From: Escherichia phage T4
Direction: 5' to 3' (one strand)
Length of the DNA: 64,000 nt
Sequence record: OL964735.1
Shown in pieces: positions 31,439 to 41,831 of this stretch. Under the pieces are notes generated by a model. The model did no database searches, had not been told where the DNA came from, and worked only from the letters and a program-made list of their open reading frames with translations. The position numbers and the translations under genes are program-made. Position 1 is the stretch's first letter. The number at the start of each line of letters is the position of its first letter.

Positions 31439-31771
31439 TTATTTTACTACTTTCCAATGCTGCATGTCAAGTTTACCAACTTTTTTCATCTTCTCAATTA
31501 AGCGTTCTGCACGTTGGCGAGCTGTAACATAATGCCATTCGCCTAATTCATTTTGTTCAATTTTTCCAACGATTACTGTATTCAATTCATAAATCCAACC
31601 AGTAAAGAAATTATGAACTTGAATTGTAAAGGTGAAATCTGTTCCCATACCTTCTGTTGTTTCTACTTCAATAATATCACCTTCAACTGCCATTAAGAAC
31701 CACATAGTTTCATCATATTTACCATTGAAGCATTTAGTTTTAACTGCAGCGTTCAGATTAATCGTTTTCAT
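31439..31771 (-). CDS. hypothetical protein (30.x region)
   Basis: 110-aa ORF. Confidence 0.6.
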   Translation of the reverse strand: MKTINLNAAVKTKCFNGKYDETMWFLMAVEGDIIEVETTEGMGTDFTFTIQVHNFFTGWIYELNTVIVGKIEQNELGEWHYVTARQRAERLIEKMKKVGKLDMQHWKVVK

Positions 31772-31845
31772 TTTATTCTCCTTTGTTTGTGTAAGATAAT
31801 ACTATCACAAAGGAACTATACTGTAAACAACTTTGTGCAATCTTT

Positions 31846-31876
31846 GGAAAATAAAAAAGGACTCCCGAAGGAGTCC
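31846..31876 (-). terminator. intrinsic terminator downstream of small basic ORF
   Basis: minus strand GGACTCC-TTCG-GGAGTCC hairpin followed by TTTTTTATTTTCC. Confidence 0.65.
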
Positions 31877-31881
31877 TCAAC

Positions 31882-32058
31882 TTATGCTTTCTGCTTACCA
31901 AAACGAGAAGCATCATCTCGAAGAACCGCACGTGCTCGGCGCATGATCTTCTCAACAGTTTGATTGATACGAGAGTTCGACCCACGCTTGTAGCCAGCGC
32001 GTTTAGAATCACCAACTTTCTTTTCAACTGCTTTCTTTGCTTTAGCTTGTTTTGCCAT
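31882..32058 (-). CDS. hypothetical small basic protein (58 aa, 30.9-like position)
   Basis: track ORF starts at non-ATG 32100; first in-frame ATG at 32058 gives 58 aa rich in K/R. Confidence 0.5.
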   Translation of the reverse strand: MAKQAKAKKAVEKKVGDSKRAGYKRGSNSRINQTVEKIMRRARAVLRDDASRFGKQKA

Positions 32059-32302
32059 TATAAATTCTCTTTTAAATGAAAATGCAGGACTTATTGGCAT
32101 TGCCTGCGCAAGCCCTCAAGGGGAACATAGGTTTTTGGATATTTAACGACCAGGATAACCATAAACCCGTCATCATTCACATTCAAGAGGTACACCGTAA
32201 AACTGTCGGGGTCTTAAAACTATAATGATTCGCAAATCATTAATCAGACAGTTCGACGGCTCCTCGATTTAGCTCACACTAAGGCAGTGAATCTCCAATA
32301 AA

Positions 32303-32551
32303 TTACTTCAGTGTTACCACAAAGTGACGAACTGCTTTTCGTGCAGCAGAAGCCAGAGGCTTAGCATATTTAAGTTCATCTTTTTCCTGAAGCTCAGCAG
32401 CTAATGCAGTTTGAGCAGGATTCAGATGTTTGAAATAACGCAGGATTTCAAGAGCTTCGGCTTCAACATCAATAGATGCGCCATAGTTTTCGTGACCATT
32501 ATTCCATGCGTTTCGTTGCAGTTCAAGAGCGTGTTGTAATTGTTTAATCAT
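32303..32551 (-). CDS. rIII: rIII lysis-inhibition accessory protein
   Basis: 82-aa ORF. Confidence 0.9.
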   Translation of the reverse strand: MIKQLQHALELQRNAWNNGHENYGASIDVEAEALEILRYFKHLNPAQTALAAELQEKDELKYAKPLASAARKAVRHFVVTLK

Positions 32552-32690
32552 TTAAAAATTCTCGTTAGAGATTAAAACTCGGTAGTCACGTTCTTCTGAA
32601 TTTCATCTTCTTTCGACAGATCTCTCAGTTGTAGACTACCACATAGAATTGTTCGGTTAACTTATTATTCCGACACCCAATTCATATTAT

Positions 32691-32698
32691 TATTTATA
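32691..32698 (-). promoter_or_regulatory. late promoter TATAAATA upstream of rIII
   Basis: minus strand exact motif adjacent to gene 31 stop; about 140-nt leader to rIII. Confidence 0.55.
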
Positions 32699-33034
32699 TC
32701 ACTTATAAAGACACGGAATAGCTTTATAGTGACAGGTAACGAATTTTTGTTTAATTTCTTTTGGCTGCTTAAGACCCAGAGCTACAAAAGGATGCGGAAC
32801 ATTTCGAATTTGACCAACTGGAAGAGAAGTCAAATCACCAACTTCGCAGAAACCTTCAGGAACATCAGGACCGACAGAGTGAACTACACACAGTTCAGGA
32901 ACTTCACCTTGAACACGTTTACCGATAATAAGTCCTGATTCTGTAACTTCTTCATCACCGGCTTGTGCAGGTTCAGAAACTAAAATAACATATTCACCGA
33001 CAGCACGAATTGGTAGCTGTTGTACTTCAGACAT
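32699..33034 (-). CDS. 31: head assembly co-chaperonin (T4 gp31, GroES-like)
   Basis: 111-aa ORF. Confidence 0.93.
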
Positions 33035-33061
33035 CGTTTTTCCTTTTTGTTAACAGATGAA

Positions 33062-33092
33062 TTAATAATAACAAATAGTTCTTAAAGCATTT
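33062..33092 (-). promoter_or_regulatory. middle promoter for gene 31 (MotA box TGCTTTA)
   Basis: minus strand TGCTTTA, 12-nt spacer, TATTAT; about 30 nt upstream of ATG. Confidence 0.55.
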
Positions 33093-33399
33093 ATTTACCA
33101 ATAAATTGAAGCAAATGCTCAACTTTCATACCATTAACGGAAATCAATTTGTCAATAGAAAAACCTCGCCACGCACCAAGCTCAACATCAAATACTGGAA
33201 TCATGTCAGTAGATTCTTTCCGAGTAGATTCAGTCAATTTGCCAGTTTGCATGGTTGGCATAAAGTCTGCATCACGAGTACCTTTCATAGTACGAATAGT
33301 ACCATCAGACTTTTCAAAAACTACGTTTGAAACACCCATGGACAATTTAGTTTTCAAAATTTCACGAATTGCTACTTTCTGCTCAGTTGTCAGTTTCAT
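33091..33399 (-). CDS. hypothetical protein (31.1 position)
   Basis: 102-aa ORF. Confidence 0.65.
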   Translation of the reverse strand: MKLTTEQKVAIREILKTKLSMGVSNVVFEKSDGTIRTMKGTRDADFMPTMQTGKLTESTRKESTDMIPVFDVELGAWRGFSIDKLISVNGMKVEHLLQFIGK

Positions 33400-33636
33400 T
33401 TATTTACCTATTACAGTTTTAATATGAGTTGTTCCACGTTCTTTAAGGGTGGAAAGTAATTTTTGGCATTTTTCTAAATCAGATTTCCAACTATATGGTC
33501 TATCAATACAAACCCAATTTGTCTTATAATACTGTTTCCATTTAGAGAAAAAATATTTCTTATACTCTACAGCAAATGAGATGTTCTCGTTAGAATAAGA
33601 ACTAATTGCTGTGAGTTTTACCAAACGAAATTTCAT
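33400..33636 (-). CDS. hypothetical protein (31.2 position)
   Basis: 78-aa ORF. Confidence 0.6.
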   Translation of the reverse strand: MKFRLVKLTAISSYSNENISFAVEYKKYFFSKWKQYYKTNWVCIDRPYSWKSDLEKCQKLLSTLKERGTTHIKTVIGK

Positions 33637-34217
33637 TATTCACCACAGAATTCGTTGATATTTTCCCAGTTTAACTTATTCAAGTTTTTCTTAGGAACAT
33701 TAAACACTTCAATACCTGCATTTCGCAGAATATCATCCCAACCGGGTTTATTTTTGTCGTATGTTTCACAATAAACCAGCTTTTTAATACCAGATTGAGC
33801 TATCGCTTTTGCGCAATCTGGACAAGGAGAAAGTGTTACATACATAGTAGCACCTTCAATAGAAGAACCATTTCGTGCAGCAAACAAAATTGCATTTAGT
33901 TCAGCATGAATTTCATTTTTAGATGACCATTCCGAGTGAGCACTACGATGTTCTTTCGCCAAAACAAAACGATCAGTTGAACCAAATGATACGCATTCAG
34001 GCTTATGACCTTGAATGATAGCATGTTTAGGCTTATTCAACAACCATCCTTGCTCAGCAGCATAATCACAACAGTTCACACCCCCTGCGGGTGAACCATT
34101 ATACCCAGTAGAAATAATACGTCCATTCTTTTCAATTACTGCTCCTACCTTCCAGGAGCAACATTTTGATTCCTGCGATACTAAATATGCAATTTGAAGT
34201 ACTGTACTCGCTTTCAT
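33636..34217 (-). CDS. cd: dCMP deaminase
   Basis: 193-aa ORF; HAE and PCPDC zinc-binding deaminase motifs. Confidence 0.95.
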   Translation of the reverse strand: MKASTVLQIAYLVSQESKCCSWKVGAVIEKNGRIISTGYNGSPAGGVNCCDYAAEQGWLLNKPKHAIIQGHKPECVSFGSTDRFVLAKEHRSAHSEWSSKNEIHAELNAILFAARNGSSIEGATMYVTLSPCPDCAKAIAQSGIKKLVYCETYDKNKPGWDDILRNAGIEVFNVPKKNLNKLNWENINEFCGE

Positions 34218-34552
34218 TTCATAATCACCAGATAAGCAGATTTAGCAGTTTCAACACGATAAATTTCGTGACGAAGTTTAGTTATACTTTTAATAACAGA
34301 ACTAATTATATTCTGCCCATCTTTAAAGCGGTTTTTCTTATCAATAAAAACTGCGCCAGTCATCTTTTTGTGAAGCTCAACTGGATACTTCGTCACAATA
34401 ATAGCATCATACACAGAAGGATGAATACTATTCACCAGAGTATCATTCATTAAAGTTATTCTAATGAACTGTGCTGTTTCAGAATCAAGCGCTCTATGAT
34501 CGCCAGTATCATTTTCAAGACAATTATCAATTATATCAGTTAAATTCATCAT
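34214..34552 (-). CDS. hypothetical protein (cd.1 position)
   Basis: 112-aa ORF. Confidence 0.6.
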   Translation of the reverse strand: MMNLTDIIDNCLENDTGDHRALDSETAQFIRITLMNDTLVNSIHPSVYDAIIVTKYPVELHKKMTGAVFIDKKNRFKDGQNIISSVIKSITKLRHEIYRVETAKSAYLVIMK

Positions 34553-34788
34553 AGTACGCCATACACCCTTTGTGCTTCAACTAATCCATCAAAATCCAGT
34601 TTAAGATGCGATATTTGATCGCCATCACCTGGATTCACAATTACTAATACTGAACGAGGAGTTTCGGTAATAACACGAACCGATGTTTCAGGAAATCGTT
34701 CAGAAACCTTATTTACTAATTCCTGCGCAAATAGTTTAACTTTTTCTTGGAATTCTTTAACAGTAATCGGTTTTTCACTTAGCAACAT
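34549..34788 (-). CDS. hypothetical protein (cd.2 position)
   Basis: 79-aa ORF. Confidence 0.6.
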   Translation of the reverse strand: MLLSEKPITVKEFQEKVKLFAQELVNKVSERFPETSVRVITETPRSVLVIVNPGDGDQISHLKLDFDGLVEAQRVYGVL

Positions 34789-34816
34789 TTTGTTTTCCTC
34801 ATTTGTTTTGGTAGAG

Positions 34817-35026
34817 CTATAATATCACAACTCTACCGTAAAGTAAACCATTAAATCGCTTTGAATTCCGCAGTTTGAGATTCAAATCTGGAAGCAAAGT
34901 GTTCAATACATGAGTCACTTGAGCATGGATTCGAAGCTCAGCTGCGTTATCAAGTTTTTCAAACATATTATTAGCGATAATTTGGCTAAACACTACTTCT
35001 ACGATTTTAGAGTAAGTCGGAAACAT
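34817..35026 (-). CDS. hypothetical protein (cd.3 position)
   Basis: 69-aa ORF. Confidence 0.55.
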   Translation of the reverse strand: MFPTYSKIVEVVFSQIIANNMFEKLDNAAELRIHAQVTHVLNTLLPDLNLKLRNSKRFNGLLYGRVVIL

Positions 35027-35028
35027 AT

Positions 35029-35221
35029 TTACCTCACATAATTTTCTTCAAGCCAATCAATAACATCCAACGCATTATCAAAAGTTGAACCATCTACTCT
35101 GTCTTCTGTTTCATAATCAAGAACATCTAGGCCTACTCTTCCGTCAACAATAGGCCATAGACAAAATAGATATTTCTTTTCTTTTTCAATTTTATCACAA
35201 AGACGATAAATCTTTTCTAGG

Positions 35222-35229
<8 letters not shown>
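35029..35229 (-). CDS. hypothetical protein (cd.4 position)
   Basis: 66-aa ORF. Confidence 0.55.
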
Positions 35230-36548
<1,319 letters not shown>

Positions 36549-36552
<4 letters not shown>

Positions 36553-36848
36553 TTACATTTATCCTCTTTTAGCTCTTGACGATAATAACATATCATAGTT
36601 TTCTGGTCATGTACATATCGTTTTACATCATTAAGCCAAATACGAAATTCCTGAGAATCTTCAAATGGCATACCGACCCAGGCTTTACCATCAATAACTT
36701 TAACTTGCCAAGATAGTTTAGCTTCATCATATGACTTTATTTGCACAGGCCAATTAGGATGAACTGTTTCTTTCTTTACTTCTAGAGGCTTTGTCGAACA
36801 ACCAACTAGAAGACCAATAGATAATATTACTGCTGATAGTTTAATCAT
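36549..36848 (-). CDS. putative lipoprotein (pseT.2 position)
   Basis: 99-aa ORF; signal peptide ending in lipobox-like LVGC. Confidence 0.6.
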
Positions 36849-37198
36849 TTAGAAAGGTCCTGGATGTCTTCTGCGAACTTGTTGAAGGAGTTGTTGATTT
36901 GTTTTTCAACCAATCCTGGCTTATGAGCCACCACATCCGCCTTCTTTGCATCTTTGCGCAGTTTTTCATTTTCACGCTCAATAGCAGCAATTGCCTCACG
37001 ATTTTTATTATTCATCGCATCAATATAATTATACTGAATTCGCAAATTATTTAATGCTAAGGCGTTTTCATTGGCCGTTTTTGTAATTTCAGTAACTGAT
37101 GTTTCTAATCTTTCTACCTTATGTTTTAAAATAATAGATGTTCCGCCAAATGCTATTACAAGTAATAGCAATCCAGCTGTAAAATTACTTACATGCAT
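36845..37198 (-). CDS. putative membrane-anchored protein (pseT.3 position)
   Basis: 117-aa ORF with N-terminal hydrophobic helix. Confidence 0.6.
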   Translation of the reverse strand: MHVSNFTAGLLLLVIAFGGTSIILKHKVERLETSVTEITKTANENALALNNLRIQYNYIDAMNNKNREAIAAIERENEKLRKDAKKADVVAHKPGLVEKQINNSFNKFAEDIQDLSK

Positions 37199-37695
37199 AA
37201 AGTTTTAATAACCTCTACAATATCGTCTTGAGAAAGACCGTTAATTAAAATATGATGTTCAGCTGGAGATTTAGAAATTTTAAAGCATGCCTCAACATCT
37301 TCTGCCATATCCGATGCACTACGATTTGGATTACTAATACCAAGGCGATGTTTTCCCGTCAAAGGATTAACGATGATATAGCATTTGCAGCTATTGATAT
37401 GAACATTGGGTTGAGTCTGATTAATGAACACTTCACAATCATACTTAGCAAGTTGATTTTCTAAAAAGACTTTCATCTCTTCAACCGCATCAGGAAGCAT
37501 ATCACGGGCTTGCTCAAGACGACGATTTCGATATTCTTTAATGGTCGTTTTCCGCTTGACTTGCTTAGCTAAATCTTTCTTAAGATCAGTGATATATCCA
37601 ACTCGACGATTTCCTTTGAATACAGAAATCCCATCTGTAGTATCACCGTATGCTTCAACGACCATTTCAGTAGTAATAAGTTGTAAATCCATCAT
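37189..37695 (-). CDS. alc: Alc, inhibitor of host transcription on cytosine DNA
   Basis: 168-aa ORF (two consecutive ATGs); downstream of early promoter cassette. Confidence 0.88.
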   Translation of the reverse strand: MMDLQLITTEMVVEAYGDTTDGISVFKGNRRVGYITDLKKDLAKQVKRKTTIKEYRNRRLEQARDMLPDAVEEMKVFLENQLAKYDCEVFINQTQPNVHINSCKCYIIVNPLTGKHRLGISNPNRSASDMAEDVEACFKISKSPAEHHILINGLSQDDIVEVIKTLCM

Positions 37696-37699
37696 AAAG

Positions 37700-37753
37700 T
37701 CCTCATGTTATGTCAGTAAGACTACTATAACACAACACGAGGGACTTGTAAAC
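37700..37753. repeat. 54-bp promoter/RBS cassette, copy 2 (pairs with 24558-24611)
   Basis: 53 of 54 identical to copy 1. Confidence 0.85.
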
Positions 37754-37754
37754 A
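37717..37754 (-). promoter_or_regulatory. early promoter for alc (GTTTACA -35, 17-nt spacer, TGTTATAGT)
   Basis: identical motifs to the promoter at 24575-24612. Confidence 0.6.
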
Positions 37755-37756
37755 AC

Positions 37757-39344
<1,588 letters not shown>

Positions 39345-39371
39345 AATAAAATGGGCCTTGCGGCCCACTCC

Positions 39372-39874
39372 TTAAAAGTATTTTTTAAAACTCATCATAA
39401 CTTTATCATCAACATCATTATCAATCTGTGCAACAAGGTAAGATGACAGTTCTACTTCTTGCGGCGCGGATTGAACATTATCAGAATTAAGATATTCACG
39501 AATCCAAGGATATGGATGTTTAACCGGAGCATCGGTAATTGGGCATGGAAGACCGCACTGTTTCATACGAGATACAGTTAAGTAATCAATAAAGCTCCAC
39601 ATGCTATTTGTATTTAATCCAGGAACATCACCATCTTTAAATAAATGAACTGCCCAGTCTTTTTCCTGGCGGTTAACTTCCATGAAAATATCAACTGCTT
39701 CTTGTTCACACTCTTGGGCAATTTTAACCCATTCATCACCATCAGTACCGGATTGAAGTTGACGAATAATATATTGGGTGCCTTTAAGGTGAAGCTGTTC
39801 ATCACGTGCAATGAACTTCATAATCTTGGCATTACCTTCCATGATTTCCATGTTCTTATGGAAGTTAAAGGTAC
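39372..39874 (-). CDS. nrdB: ribonucleotide reductase small subunit NrdB, exon 2
   Basis: exon boundary inferred from frame, intron ending in G, and restoration of conserved YVSFACTFNF...MEGNAK sequence. Confidence 0.88.
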
Positions 39875-40472
39875 CGTATGTTCGATTGAGCTCGCTAATT
39901 CTCAACCCGTTCTCTTATGAACTGCTGCATGTTACCATGCAGTCCAGACTATATCACAATCCCGGAGGGATTCTCCCCATTTCGAGTCGCTTGACCCTAC
40001 GTCCGAAGACTAGTCGTTGAACCTTGTTTTGCAATTGTCGCCGTGCCATCGTTTATATGTTGATGGTGATAAATCTTTCTTATCACAATATGGACAATTC
40101 AATTGAATTCTATTTGGATTTAATTTACATCTGTCATTATGTTTTAGATAAAATCCAGGACCTTTACCAATGTGACCACAGAAATCACATGTGATTTCTT
40201 TTTGTGCAGGATGGGTCCCGTTCTTAACCATTTCTAATGTTTTTGCTGATGTTCTTTTCTTATGTTCTTCCATCAGAATCTTTAGGTATAGGTCCGTTAG
40301 CATCTATCCAAATTTTTCTATAGTTCAATTGTGCATCCTCTTAAAAGTATAATCATATTTATATTATACTAATTAAAGGTGCAAGCAAAACCTTGGCTGC
40401 TAGTTTTCCATAAAGGACTTTCCAGCAATTAAAGGAGTTTTCGATAAACGTTACCGTTTAAAGGCGCATTTT
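39875..40472 (-). mobile_element. group I intron in nrdB (598 nt) with degenerate homing endonuclease ORF
   Basis: in-frame stop directly after exon 1 U; core shared with td intron (TTTCGAGTC.CTTGACCCTAC); intron ends in G. Confidence 0.85.
40010..40303 (-). CDS. truncated intron-encoded endonuclease (I-TevIII remnant)
   Basis: 97-aa ORF inside intron with CxxC/HxxC zinc-finger-like motifs only; no catalytic domain. Confidence 0.75.
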   Translation of the reverse strand: MLTDLYLKILMEEHKKRTSAKTLEMVKNGTHPAQKEITCDFCGHIGKGPGFYLKHNDRCKLNPNRIQLNCPYCDKKDLSPSTYKRWHGDNCKTRFND

Positions 40473-41136
40473 ACGCAAAAGATACATAAAAACGAATAGC
40501 TTCTAAGGCATTAATAACGTGCAAACAGAGGTAAAGAGATTTCATCAGATCTCGTTTAGCTCTTTGCTCAACGTCTTTATCAGCTAGAATTAGACCTTGG
40601 TCTTTATAATATTCAACCATGTCTTTAGCATTTTCCCATTCACGGGTTTTAACCAAGACATCATCGTAATATCGCCCAATGGACTCAGCACGTTTCATAA
40701 TAGCTTCATCTAATACAATCTCATCAAACACCTTCGATGGATCAGTATAAAGATTTCGCATGATATGAGTATATGAACGACTGTGAATAGTTTCACTAAA
40801 AGTCCATGTAGCAACCCATGTATCAAGGCTTGGGTCTGAAATTAATGACATAAGTACAGCAGATGGCGCACGACCCTGAATGCTATCCAAAAGTGATTGA
40901 TACTTCAGGTTGTTAGTAAAAATATTTTGCTGATACTGAGGAAGCTTATTAAATTGCGCAGCATCCATCATTAAGTTTACTTCTTCAGGACGCCAAAAAA
41001 AACTGATCTGCCGCTCAATGAGTTCTTCAAATACTCGATGTCGTTGAATATCATATCGAGCTAAACCTAATCCAGAACCAAAGAACATCGGTTCATTCAA
41101 AACATCAACTGGATTTGTATTAAAAACTGTACTCAT
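40473..41136 (-). CDS. nrdB: ribonucleotide reductase small subunit NrdB, exon 1
   Basis: exon 1 plus exon 2 total 1167 nt = 388 aa plus stop. Confidence 0.88.
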
Positions 41137-41831
41137 TTAGAATCCTTAAATTTACATTTATCATAATGCCATCTTAAAGCATTGCCTTTATTAACTTTCT
41201 TACCACAGTGCGGGCAAGGTGGATACTCTGCTCCTTGTTTAGTTCTCAAAGAAATCAAATCACGGGTTTCTTTAGTATGAGGAACATCTCTTGTCGGAGA
41301 AATTGTACCATACATCGGATTAAGCACGCCGACTTTAGCAGCAGCTATATTCTTTTTAGCTTCTTCAGTTTTAGGCTTTCTCATCTTTTTCTTAGTTTCT
41401 TCGCTTTTAGCCCTTCCTTTGGTTGCCGCCGATATTTTGTGTTTGGTTTCTTCTGTTAAACGCAGACCTGTTTTCGCTTTTGACATTTTCAGTCTCGTTT
41501 CTTCAGAAATGACCGTACCTTTGCGAAATTGCGAATTTAACTTCTTTGCATGGGCATATATTTTAGAATGAACTTTATAATGACGTTTCTTAGTTCCTTT
41601 CATATTGCACATCATGAAAAATGCGAATATAACAGATTTTACCGGATAAATCTTTGATAAAATAGCATGCGCTATAAAATGCTCTCTAGCTGTTAATTCA
41701 ACTAAATTTTCTTTATCATCAGAACCTCCCATGCATCTAGGGATTATATGATGTGTCTCTTTATATTCGGATAAAGGTTCCCGAGCCTGAGCTCGGGAAA
41801 TTAGGTCGTTATAGATTTTTTGATAATTCAT
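41133..41831 (-). CDS. mobE: HNH homing endonuclease-like protein MobE
   Basis: 232-aa ORF; HHIIPRCMGGSDDKENLVELTAREH HNH motif; wedged between nrdA and nrdB with overlapping start/stop. Confidence 0.85.
   Translation of the reverse strand: MNYQKIYNDLISRAQAREPLSEYKETHHIIPRCMGGSDDKENLVELTAREHFIAHAILSKIYPVKSVIFAFFMMCNMKGTKKRHYKVHSKIYAHAKKLNSQFRKGTVISEETRLKMSKAKTGLRLTEETKHKISAATKGRAKSEETKKKMRKPKTEEAKKNIAAAKVGVLNPMYGTISPTRDVPHTKETRDLISLRTKQGAEYPPCPHCGKKVNKGNALRWHYDKCKFKDSK

Noticed and set aside
31773-32027. 84-aa minus-strand ORF
   Set aside because: Overlaps the small basic ORF (31882-32058) in another frame and runs through the terminator hairpin; no RBS
32076-32231. 51-aa plus-strand ORF in the rIII-proximal gap
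   Set aside because: No Shine-Dalgarno sequence, AT-rich start context, overlaps the start of the convergent small ORF; likely chance ORF
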